From assembly GCA_963649335.1 (NCBI GenBank), contig CAVJHG010000006.1:8062-72061 (forward strand): 64,000 bases of DNA, given 5' to 3'. A program made the translations under genes and the position numbers. This document shows positions 50,198-59,060 of the stretch, piece by piece. This stretch comes from a bacterium (lineage in GTDB: Bacteria; Bacillota; Clostridia; Lachnospirales; Lachnospiraceae). Numbering within the stretch: the first letter of the stretch is position 1; the number at the start of each line of letters is the position of its first letter. The notes beneath the pieces were generated by a model. It saw only the letters and a program-made list of their open reading frames with translations. It made no database searches and had not been told where the DNA came from.

Positions 50198-52387
50198 CTA
50201 TTCTATTGCAACAAAATGATACAATCTGCTGACAGCATCACCCCAAAAATCCTTAAATAAAAATCCCGCCTTCATAAGAACCTGGCCTGAATATTTTTCT
50301 TCTGTACCCTCAAGCTCATATGTTCTTGCAGGGTCAAGTCCATCAAGACGAAGCTTTTTGCTTTTTGCATTGGCTCTAGCTTTTACCTGCACATAGGTTA
50401 CCAGGGCCTCAGACTTATCCTTTGCCACCTGCATATAGCAGTCGTAGTGATTATTTTCTCTATAGGATGCTATACGATAGTAATCTCCCTGACGAACCAA
50501 ATCATTGTATTTGTGATACATTTTAACCTGTTCTCTTACCATGGTTCGCTCTTCCTCTGACAGCTTTGTTATGTCAAGCTCATATCCAAAGGTACCTGCC
50601 AAGGCCACATGACCTCTGGTCTCAAAAGGAGTCACCCTGCCCACCGTATGATTTGGACATACTGATACATGAGCCCCCATAGTAGAAAAAGGATATATAA
50701 GGGCTGTACCCTCCTGTATAGTGAGGCGTTCCACGGCATCAGTATCATCGGAGCACCATATCTGAGGGCTGTAATAGAGCATACCTGGGTCAAAACGGGC
50801 GCCTCCACCGGAGCAATTTTCCAGCAGAAGATCTGGAAATTCCTGTACCAAGCGCTCCTGCATGGCATATACTCCCAGAACATAACGATGAAAAAGCTCT
50901 CCCTGACTGTCCTTATCAAGATAAGCTGATCCTAAATCTGTAAGCTGTCTGTTCATATCCCACTTTAGGTATGCTATAGGCGCTTCTCTTAATATTTTTG
51001 CCACTGATTCATAGGCATAGTCCACAACCTGAGGATTTGACAAATCCAGTACATACTGCTGTCGGCTTTCAGTAGCCCTTCTTCCTGCAATATGAATTGC
51101 CCAATCAGGATGAGCTCTATACAAGTCAGAATCTGGAGATATCATCTCAGGCTCAAACCATATGCCAAATTTAAGACCGATTTCATTAACCTTCTCAACT
51201 AGATTTTTTAGACCACCGGTTATTTTTTCTTCATTGACTACCCAGTCTCCCAAGGAGCAATTGTCAGAATTTCTCTTTCCAAACCAACCATCATCCATAA
51301 CCAGCATCTCAATGCCATTTTCCTGGGCTACTCTTGCTATATCAAGAAGCTTTTCAGTGTTGAAATCAAAATAGGTAGCCTCCCAATTGTTAATAAGAAT
51401 AGGCCGCTTTAGGTCCTTGTATTTGCTTCTGATAAGATGATTTCTGTAAAAGTCATGATAAGACCTGGTCATCTTTCCAAGCCCTTCCTCCGAATAGGTC
51501 ATAACAACCTCTGGGACAATAAATGACTGACCTGCCTTTAAATTCCAGCAAAATTCCTCCCGGTTAATACCCATCACCATGCGAACCATATCAAACTGCG
51601 TCAGCTCAGCTTGCGCCAAAAAATTGCCCGAGTAGACAAAATTCATGGCATATACTCTGCCCTGCTTTTGATTGGTACCAGGTGTCACCAGGGCTATAAA
51701 AGGGTGCTCCTGATGAGAAGACTCCCCCTTAAAGGACCCTACAGACTGCTTTCCATAAACCAGCTTATTGGTCTGAATGTGACGTTCTCTAGCCCAGGAA
51801 CCATGTAGGGTAAGGAGCTCAAAATCCTCATTATCCATATCAAGGCAGGCTGAATATACCTTTTCCAGCTTCAAATTCTGATTGCCATAATTTTCTACCC
51901 TAAGGCTTCTTGTAATTATGTCGTCTTTTTCAAAAACAGAGTAAAGAAGTATTATTTTTACCTGAAGCAGTGGATCCTTACAGGTAATTTGAAGAGTTTG
52001 ACACTGGCCCTTGTCTGCAAATGATGCAGGCAGCCCTTCAAGAGAAGGCTTTTCATCCATTATGACATGGGAATCATATAAAAACTCTGCTCCCATCTGC
52101 CCTGCTTCATTTCTGATATTGATGCAGGATTCCCTGTAGTCCCCCAGACCGCCAGCTGGATATTCCATTGAAAAAAAGTCCAGAAATGAACCCTTTTCTC
52201 TGTTATTTACAGATGGAGTAAAGGGTGGCTCCTCAGTGCGAAGAAGATAATAGGTATCATCAGATTCTAGTCTTGCTCCATAATAGACATGCCCCAGATA
52301 GCCCTCCTTTGTCAAGGCCATTATATAGCTGGTACTATCTGTATCCAGCTTAAACACACGGGATTTTTCATTAAAATTAATAGGCAT
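50198..52387 (-). CDS. GH36 alpha-galactosidase
   Basis: INNWEATYF, VMDDGWFG, FGIWFEPEM, KWDMNR, CSGGGARFD, WCSDDTD. Confidence 0.95.
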   Translation of the reverse strand: MPINFNEKSRVFKLDTDSTSYIMALTKEGYLGHVYYGARLESDDTYYLLRTEEPPFTPSVNNREKGSFLDFFSMEYPAGGLGDYRESCINIRNEAGQMGAEFLYDSHVIMDEKPSLEGLPASFADKGQCQTLQITCKDPLLQVKIILLYSVFEKDDIITRSLRVENYGNQNLKLEKVYSACLDMDNEDFELLTLHGSWARERHIQTNKLVYGKQSVGSFKGESSHQEHPFIALVTPGTNQKQGRVYAMNFVYSGNFLAQAELTQFDMVRMVMGINREEFCWNLKAGQSFIVPEVVMTYSEEGLGKMTRSYHDFYRNHLIRSKYKDLKRPILINNWEATYFDFNTEKLLDIARVAQENGIEMLVMDDGWFGKRNSDNCSLGDWVVNEEKITGGLKNLVEKVNEIGLKFGIWFEPEMISPDSDLYRAHPDWAIHIAGRRATESRQQYVLDLSNPQVVDYAYESVAKILREAPIAYLKWDMNRQLTDLGSAYLDKDSQGELFHRYVLGVYAMQERLVQEFPDLLLENCSGGGARFDPGMLYYSPQIWCSDDTDAVERLTIQEGTALIYPFSTMGAHVSVCPNHTVGRVTPFETRGHVALAGTFGYELDITKLSEEERTMVREQVKMYHKYNDLVRQGDYYRIASYRENNHYDCYMQVAKDKSEALVTYVQVKARANAKSKKLRLDGLDPARTYELEGTEEKYSGQVLMKAGFLFKDFWGDAVSRLYHFVAIE

Positions 52388-52432
52388 AATTTATTCCTCA
52401 ATCTATATAAAATATAACAAAAGCTTTTATTG

Positions 52433-54151
52433 CTACTGACCTGTAATCGCCTGCTTTAGAGCTTCAAGCTTGGCAGCTGAATCCTCCAGGCTATTTCCCT
52501 TTACTCCAAAATAATACTTTATCTTTGGCTCTGTTCCTGATGGTCTCACACAGCACCAGGCATTGTCTGATAGCTCATAATAAAGGACATTTGACTCAGG
52601 AAGGCCAGTGTCCTCCTCCTTGCCTGATAAGAGATCACGACGCTTGCCGATTTTGTAATCTCTCACTGCCAAAACCTGAAAGCCGGCAAGCTCCTTTGGC
52701 GGATTTTCCCTGTAGCTGGTCATAAGCTTACTTATTTCCTTGGCACCATCAATACCCTTTAGGGTAACTGTAGCCAGGCCTTCTCTATAATAACCATATT
52801 TCTCATACATCTCCACCATGGCATCCCAAAGGGTCTTGCCCTGCAGCTTATAGTAAGAGGCCACCTCACAAAGCATCATTACTGCCACACAGGCATCCTT
52901 ATCTCTGGCATAGGTGCCTGCTAGGCAGCCATAGGATTCCTCCAAACCGAATACATAATTGTAGGTCTTGTTTTCTTCAAAAAGCTTAATCTGTTCCCCT
53001 ATATACTTAAAACCAGTAAGTACCTCAATTAAAGCCACCCCATAATCAGCGGCAATGGCTTTTGCCATATCTGTTGTGACAATGGTCTCCACCAAGGCAG
53101 GCTTTTCAGGCATGGTTTTCTCTGCTCTCTTTTCACTAAGAATATATTGGGCTATAAGCATGCCTGACATGTTACCTGTAAAGCTTACATAATTGCCTGT
53201 AGCTAAGTCTTTGCAATATACTCCCAAACGATCTGCATCAGGATCTGTTGCAAGAACTATATCTGCATCCACCTCCTTAGCCAGCTCCAAAGCTAAAGTC
53301 CAGGCCTTCTCGTCCTCAGGGTTTGGATAGGCAACAGTAGGAAAATTGCCGTCAGGCTCCTTTTGCTCCTCTACAACAAAAACCTTTGTAAAGCCTAACT
53401 CCTTTAAAACACGACGCACCGGAATATTACCTGTGCCATGGAGAGGAGTATAAACAATTTTAATATCAGAAGCTGCTTTTTTTATAAGCTCTGGGTGTAT
53501 GGATTGAGCCTTCAATTCCTTGATGTAAGCGTCATCCATTTCACTACCTATAATATTAAAAAGGCCTGACACCCTAGCCAGGTCCTCACTTATTGTCTTT
53601 ACCTGAGAAAAATCAGTCACCTGAGCCACCATAGCTAAAATATTTTTATCATGAGGCGGTGTAATCTGGGCTCCATCCTCCCAATAAACCTTATAACCGT
53701 TGTATTCTCTAGGATTATGGCTGGCAGTAATGACAATTCCTGCTATACATCCAAGCTGTCTTAGGGCAAAGGAAAGCTCTGGTGTAGGACGCAGGCTCTC
53801 GAAAAGATATGTCTTAATGCCATTGCCATTAAGACATAGGGCCGCCTCCCTGGCAAACTCCGGTGACATACGTCTTGAATCATAAGCTATGGCAACCCCC
53901 TTATCTTGTCCCTGCTGAGTCAATATATAGTTAGCCAAACCCTGAGTAGCCTGCCGCACCGTATAGATATTCATCCTGTTGGTGCCAGCCCCAATAACTC
54001 CGCGCAGACCTCCAGTACCAAATTCCAGCTGTCTGTAAAACCGATCCTCTATTTCTGCCTCATCATTTGCAATGGCCTTTAGCTCATCTCTTGTAGCCTG
54101 ATCAAAATATGGATCATTGCACCACTTCTCATATTCTTCTCTGTAATTCAT
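52433..54151 (-). CDS. pgm: Phosphoglucomutase/phosphomannomutase
   Basis: FGTGGLRG, ITASHNP, DPDADR, GLEESYG, RPSGTEPK. Confidence 0.93.
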   Translation of the reverse strand: MNYREEYEKWCNDPYFDQATRDELKAIANDEAEIEDRFYRQLEFGTGGLRGVIGAGTNRMNIYTVRQATQGLANYILTQQGQDKGVAIAYDSRRMSPEFAREAALCLNGNGIKTYLFESLRPTPELSFALRQLGCIAGIVITASHNPREYNGYKVYWEDGAQITPPHDKNILAMVAQVTDFSQVKTISEDLARVSGLFNIIGSEMDDAYIKELKAQSIHPELIKKAASDIKIVYTPLHGTGNIPVRRVLKELGFTKVFVVEEQKEPDGNFPTVAYPNPEDEKAWTLALELAKEVDADIVLATDPDADRLGVYCKDLATGNYVSFTGNMSGMLIAQYILSEKRAEKTMPEKPALVETIVTTDMAKAIAADYGVALIEVLTGFKYIGEQIKLFEENKTYNYVFGLEESYGCLAGTYARDKDACVAVMMLCEVASYYKLQGKTLWDAMVEMYEKYGYYREGLATVTLKGIDGAKEISKLMTSYRENPPKELAGFQVLAVRDYKIGKRRDLLSGKEEDTGLPESNVLYYELSDNAWCCVRPSGTEPKIKYYFGVKGNSLEDSAAKLEALKQAITGQ

Positions 54152-54474
54152 AAAAACCTCCTATACTTATTTAGGTTAATTTTAAGTTAAATATATTATA
54201 TATTAATCATTTAGTCAACTTAATTTAATTGTCGGTAAAAAAGCTTTATTTACATTTTAACTATTCTTTATTCTCCTTTGTTCAACTAACAAAATCTTTA
54301 CTAAAAATAAAAAAGATTGCTCTATTCATCTTTTTCTATTTTTCATATCCCATATCCATTAAATAAGCTAAATGCTATAATAGCAATAGTCGAAATTGTT
54401 TGCCTCACCTTAGCTACCGCTAAGAAGCAGGAGCCTTCAACAATTGAATTAAACTATATTTTAAGGAGCCCATT

Positions 54475-55218
54475 ATGTTACCTGACAATTATGATAACTA
54501 TATTTTTGATTTATACGGAACCTTGGTAGATATACATACCGATGAAGATTCTGACCTTCTCTGGGAAAAATTAAGTTTTTTTATGAGCTACTATGGTGCC
54601 ACCTATTCTCCCCTTGATTTAAAAGACAGCTATCAGAAATTAGTAAAAAAAGAACAGGCTCTTTTATCTGAAAAAAAGCCTGCTCAAATAAACAGAAATG
54701 ACAGTCACGAAGCTAGTCCAGAAATAGATATAAAGACTGTTTTTAAAAAGCTCTACACTGAAAAAAAAGTAGATGCATCTGAAGAATTAATACTTCACAC
54801 AGGCCAGTTCTTCAGGGCTCTTTCTACGCAATACCTTAAGCTTTATCCTGGCACAAAATCCATGCTAGCTTCTCTCAAGGAAGCTGGCAAAAATGTATAT
54901 CTTCTTTCCAATGCCCAGCGCATCTTTACCGCTTACGAGTTAAAGTACCTAGGTATATCAGATTACTTTGATGATATTTTTATATCCTCTGATTATGGCA
55001 CTAAAAAGCCTGATCCTGACTTTTTTAACGCCCTCATAAATAAGCATAAGCTTGATATAAATAAATCTATATACATAGGCAATGATTCCATATGCGACAT
55101 ATACGGTGCCAGCCGCCTTGGCATGGACACCTTTTATGTCCGCTCAAACATATCTCCAAAGGGGGACGAGGCGCCTTCTGCTAGCTACTCTATTGAGGAC
55201 TTCACGGGGTGGGTATAA
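54475..55218 (+). CDS. HAD-family hydrolase
   Basis: FDLYGTLVD, LSN, KKPD, IGND motifs. Confidence 0.88.
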   Translation: MLPDNYDNYIFDLYGTLVDIHTDEDSDLLWEKLSFFMSYYGATYSPLDLKDSYQKLVKKEQALLSEKKPAQINRNDSHEASPEIDIKTVFKKLYTEKKVDASEELILHTGQFFRALSTQYLKLYPGTKSMLASLKEAGKNVYLLSNAQRIFTAYELKYLGISDYFDDIFISSDYGTKKPDPDFFNALINKHKLDINKSIYIGNDSICDIYGASRLGMDTFYVRSNISPKGDEAPSASYSIEDFTGWV

Positions 55219-55220
55219 TA

Positions 55221-56528
55221 TCATATGTCCATCGCCTCTCCTATCTGCTCAATTGCATACAATGGCAAATTTACAAGACCGTCTTCTATTTTATAATCGG
55301 ACATTGATGTTCGTATAGCTATTTGAGGTGAATATTTATCCCGATATGTTTTCAAACTTTTAGCCCTTAGGTTGATTTCAGCCTTTACTTCTAGTGGTGC
55401 TACCATTTTTCCACTGTCCACAATGAAGTCTATCTCACAGCTTCCCCGGTCATTGGTATAATAGTACACTCCCAGGTCTTCAATAGTTTTTAGCTGCTGA
55501 CATACATATTGCTCTGTAAGCGCACCCTTAAACTCAACGAAAAGTTCGTTACCATCAAGAAGGATAGTTTGATGTAACCCCACCATACAACTAAGCAGCC
55601 CTACATCCAACAGAAAAAGTTTGAAGGCCTTCAAATCTTCGTATGCTCTTAATGGTATTCCCGGACTATTTACACGACTAATCTTATGAATCAAGCCGCA
55701 ATCAGAAAGCCACATTATTGCTGTCTCATAATCCTTTGCTCGAGCGCCTTCGCGCACAAGACCATAAATAAACTTTTTATTTTCTTTAGCAAGCTGAGAA
55801 GGAATACTGTTCCACAGCAAACGAATCTTTGGCACTATATCATGAGGGGCATGTTTTGAAAAATCCTGTTCATATGCAGTAAGTATTCGTTTTTGAATTT
55901 CCCGTGCTTCATTAAAATCGTGATTTTCAACAAAAGCTTGAACAACTTCCGGCATTCCACCTACATAATAATAATGCTTTAGGGCATCTATATAAGTTTG
56001 TTTAAAGCTTCTGATCATATCAAAATCATTACTTTTTAAAAGCTCAACATAACGTTCCATTCCCATTGCCATTAGAAACTCAGTATAGGACAAAGGATAA
56101 AGCTTTAAAAAATCAACCTTGCCTACAGGAAATGATGTCCCTGTATGTAAAGCAAGCCCCAAAAGAGAGCCAGCACATACAATATGATATTGGGGAGCAT
56201 TTTCACAGAAATATTTCAATGACGTCAATGCTCTCGGAACCTCCTGGACCTCATCAAATATCAAAAGTGTACTGTCAGGATTGATTTTCTTACCAGAATA
56301 AAGCTCCAACCCCATGATAAGTCTCTCCGTGTTAAGATCCGTGTCAAACAATTCCAGCATTCTTGAATTAGAGTCGAAATTTATATATACTACATCCTCA
56401 TATGCCTGCTTACCAAATTCCTTCATAAGCCAGGTCTTTCCTACCTGTCTTGCCCCTTCTATAATCAAGGGCTTACGATATTTTTTTACTTTCCATTTCA
56501 ATAATTCCTCAATAGCAGCTCTATACAT
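55221..56528 (-). CDS. AAA+ ATPase (AAA_14) with DUF4143 / PD-(D/E)XK-like C-terminus
   Basis: Walker A GARQVGKT, Walker B IFDEVQ, GGMP, C-terminal EIDF...PLEVK; start ATG 56528 with AGGAGG. Confidence 0.88.
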   Translation of the reverse strand: MYRAAIEELLKWKVKKYRKPLIIEGARQVGKTWLMKEFGKQAYEDVVYINFDSNSRMLELFDTDLNTERLIMGLELYSGKKINPDSTLLIFDEVQEVPRALTSLKYFCENAPQYHIVCAGSLLGLALHTGTSFPVGKVDFLKLYPLSYTEFLMAMGMERYVELLKSNDFDMIRSFKQTYIDALKHYYYVGGMPEVVQAFVENHDFNEAREIQKRILTAYEQDFSKHAPHDIVPKIRLLWNSIPSQLAKENKKFIYGLVREGARAKDYETAIMWLSDCGLIHKISRVNSPGIPLRAYEDLKAFKLFLLDVGLLSCMVGLHQTILLDGNELFVEFKGALTEQYVCQQLKTIEDLGVYYYTNDRGSCEIDFIVDSGKMVAPLEVKAEINLRAKSLKTYRDKYSPQIAIRTSMSDYKIEDGLVNLPLYAIEQIGEAMDI

Positions 56529-56608
56529 AAAAACGCCTCCTTTGACATAAGTATACAAAAATATGAAACAAAACTAACATCGAGCTTTTGCATCATAATA
56601 TAATGTAT

Positions 56609-56637
56609 ATTATAGCCGGTGAAAACACTTTTATCAA
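56609..56637 (-). promoter_or_regulatory. Sigma-A promoter of the AAA/DUF4143 gene, overlapping repeat unit 1
   Basis: TTGATA-17-TATAAT. Confidence 0.7.
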
Positions 56638-56752
56638 TGAATTTTTGCATGTAAGCAACACTTTTTACAACGAATAAACGCGATACCTCAACACTTTTTG
56701 CAAGGAACAAGTGTAATATCTCAACACTTTTTACAACGAATAAATATAACAG
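56621..56752. repeat. Four tandem 33-bp units with conserved core AACACTTTT(T)nCAAnGAA
   Basis: Core starts at 56624, 56657, 56690 and 56723 (exact 33-bp period); the 3' ~10 nt of each unit vary. Confidence 0.9.
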
Positions 56753-56801
56753 GTAAATAACAGATAAATGGCAAATTTAACTTCCCTTTTGCAAAAGTAA
56801 C

Positions 56802-57671
56802 TTAATTATTTCTGGTAACAAACAAGCCTGCCAGCACCAGAATTATGCCTATTATCTTACCTAGCGTAAGGCCCTCTCCATATACAATAAGTCCAAGTAC
56901 AGTAGCGGTCACAGGCTCTATTGAGGCCACTACTGCTGCAGTGGAATTATCTACCTGTCTAAGCCCTAAGGTATACAGCAGATATGGTGCCACTGTGCAA
57001 AGTATGCCCAAAGCGAGGGCTAAAAGCAAAAAGCTTCCAGATGAAAAAGTAACTGCACAAACTGAAGGAATATTGGCAAATAAGCCTGATGCAATTGCAG
57101 TCACCACAAAGGTGTAGCAGGTAATGGTAAGGGAGTGATAACCCCTGTCCAAGGCATAGCGGCTAAAGATAGAATACAGGGCATATCCAAGGCCTGCTCC
57201 AAGGCCATACAAGAGTCCTGACAGGGTAATAGCCGTGCCCGAGCCTATACCTGTAACCAATATACAGCCTATAAAGGTTAATACTATAGCAAGAATCTTT
57301 CGCTTGGTAAAAAGCTCTTTAAAAAGGAAAAAGGAAAGTACCATAACAATGGCTGGCGCTGTATAAAGAAGTACTGCTGCTGCAGACATACTGCTTAGCT
57401 CAATGGCCTTAAAATAACAGAAATTAAAAAAGGTGATACTGGCTATACCTGTTCCAAGAAAACACCAAATATCCTTTAATCTGATGTGTAGCATCTCCCT
57501 GTGAAAAATCAATAGATATCCTATCATGGCAAGAGCCGTTACAATTCCACGCAAAAAAACAATGTCCATGGACTCTATACCCACTGCGTTAAAGGACCTG
57601 ACAAATAAGCCAAGACAGCCCCAGAGTATTCCCGAAAGTAGTATATAAATAAATGCCTTTGCCTGCTTCAT
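56802..57671 (-). CDS. EamA/DMT family transporter
   Basis: About ten TMs in two repeats, LLYTAP, ASIEPV. Confidence 0.9.
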   Translation of the reverse strand: MKQAKAFIYILLSGILWGCLGLFVRSFNAVGIESMDIVFLRGIVTALAMIGYLLIFHREMLHIRLKDIWCFLGTGIASITFFNFCYFKAIELSSMSAAAVLLYTAPAIVMVLSFFLFKELFTKRKILAIVLTFIGCILVTGIGSGTAITLSGLLYGLGAGLGYALYSIFSRYALDRGYHSLTITCYTFVVTAIASGLFANIPSVCAVTFSSGSFLLLALALGILCTVAPYLLYTLGLRQVDNSTAAVVASIEPVTATVLGLIVYGEGLTLGKIIGIILVLAGLFVTRNN

Positions 57672-57697
57672 AGCCTTACCTCCCTGGTGTTATATAC

Positions 57698-57724
57698 AAA
57701 AAGAAGGGGCGAAAGCCCCCTCTT
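57698..57724 (-). terminator. Terminator downstream of prd operon
   Basis: AAGAGGGGGC-TTTC-GCCCCTTCTT plus U-tract. Confidence 0.8.
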
Positions 57725-57731
57725 AGATAAA

Positions 57732-57879
57732 TAACTATTCAACCCCCAAATTCGCTAAAATCCCACATACCGTAATTTTAGCGAATGAGGTATCTCGTCA
57801 AATTAAACTAAATCATCATCTGTGGGAAAGCAAGCTTTCCACATCTGATTATTGTGTTTAATTTGGTTCTAAATAGTTA
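57732..57879. other. Multi-stem structured intergenic element (MITE/REP-like or ncRNA)
   Basis: Outer IR taactatt/aatagtta encloses a 12-bp hairpin attcgctaaaat/attttagcgaat and a long hairpin caaattaaac...ggaaagc aa gctttcc...gtttaatttg. Confidence 0.6.
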
Positions 57880-58602
57880 CACGTTGTGTCTGTACTCGTA
57901 TGGTAACACTTTCATTCCATTATAGCTAGGGCAGTCTCTTACCCACTCAAGGGATTCCTTTACGATAGCTGTCTGCATAGGAATATTGTTTGGCTCACCG
58001 GCATTAGATCCGATAGGCACATGTGGTGCAGTAATACGAGGTGCTCCCTGCTGACGGGCAATAGGAGGAAGGGCTGCAATAACTACGCAGCTCATGCCCT
58101 CAGCCTCACAGCAACGGGTAACGATAGTTGCCGAACGGTGACAGGTACCGCAGCCGCCTGTACAAAGCACTATGTCTACTCCCTGGTCCTTCAGCTTTTT
58201 GGCAATCTCTGGTCCAGTCTTATTTGTAAACATCTCAACATTTCCACCGCCTCCCATGAAGGTGTAGGTCTCATCTGCAAGAGAACCAATAAAGCCCTCC
58301 TCTACCAGCTCATGCAATCTGTCGATAGGAAACATTGCATTGACATCCTTGTTAATGTCTGAGTTGTCAAATCCACCATGGGTAACCATAAGCTCACTTG
58401 ATGGAGTGTCAAATGGAATAGTACGGTATGAAAAATCTCCGGATGTATTAAATGGAACCTGACTCTTCATATGGATACCACCTGCTGTAATAAATGCCAC
58501 CTTGCATTCACTCAGGGGTTTCTTTAATTCTGTAAATACCGGCTTTGGTGTAACTGGTACGAATATCTCTGACTGCAGTCCTTCTACTGTTGTTAAGCTC
58601 AT
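57877..58602 (-). CDS. prdB: D-proline reductase subunit PrdB, cysteine form
   Basis: Start ATG 58602 (MSLTTVEGLQSEIFVP, 241 aa); HGGFDNSD.NKDVNAMFP; active site GG-C-GTCHRSA encoded by TGC, not TGA. Confidence 0.92.
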   Translation of the reverse strand: MSLTTVEGLQSEIFVPVTPKPVFTELKKPLSECKVAFITAGGIHMKSQVPFNTSGDFSYRTIPFDTPSSELMVTHGGFDNSDINKDVNAMFPIDRLHELVEEGFIGSLADETYTFMGGGGNVEMFTNKTGPEIAKKLKDQGVDIVLCTGGCGTCHRSATIVTRCCEAEGMSCVVIAALPPIARQQGAPRITAPHVPIGSNAGEPNNIPMQTAIVKESLEWVRDCPSYNGMKVLPYEYRHNV

Positions 58603-58613
58603 ATTCTCGCCTC

Positions 58614-59060
58614 CTATATTGATTCTACTGGGATATCTCTTTTTCCAACCACATTCATGCAGCTGAAATAAAATTCTGTGTCCTGACCTTCCTTGAGCTC
58701 CACAGGGGTAAAAGCCCACCTGCGGGGAACTGCTATGGTGCCAAGGGAATCCTGTATATCCACCTTTATTGCTGTATCGTTTACCTCAGAAATTTTGCCT
58801 CCTAAAAGCACAGGCTCAATTTCATGACTAGTGGTCATGTCCATTGAATCATAGTCGTATGGATTTTCCACTATCTGTATATAGCTGAAGAAAAACTCCA
58901 TCTCATGTCCTGGTTCAAGCTCTTCTCTAGTGATGACAAGACGCTTTGGAACGGTAATCACTCCAAGGCGGCCGTGCAGATGGACTTTTACTTTCTTGTC
59001 ATCTACTTCCTTTACCAGGCCTCCCATGCGGATGGGATTAATCATGTAATCAAGCATCAT
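58614..59060 (-). CDS. Proline reductase cluster protein, CBO2463/CBO2479-like, duplicated domain
   Basis: Two repeats of GG.V.EV.D...KV....LG.I.VP.R......EL..G...EF.FS. Confidence 0.75.
   Translation of the reverse strand: MMLDYMINPIRMGGLVKEVDDKKVKVHLHGRLGVITVPKRLVITREELEPGHEMEFFFSYIQIVENPYDYDSMDMTTSHEIEPVLLGGKISEVNDTAIKVDIQDSLGTIAVPRRWAFTPVELKEGQDTEFYFSCMNVVGKRDIPVESI

Noticed and set aside
56498..56710. 70-aa ORF with KSV every 11 residues
   Set aside because: A by-product of the 33-bp periodicity; it overlaps the promoter and has no clear RBS.
56621..56752. 33-bp array as a canonical CRISPR or TIGR array
   Set aside because: Variable segments are only about 10 nt, repeats are degenerate, and no cas or Nop-domain gene is nearby; kept as an unexplained tandem array instead.
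58110..58152. Vestigial SECIS hairpin after the PrdB Cys codon (CGGCAAC/GUUGCUG)
   Set aside because: A 7-bp stem with an 11-nt loop starting 16 nt downstream; could easily be chance, and the codon is TGC.
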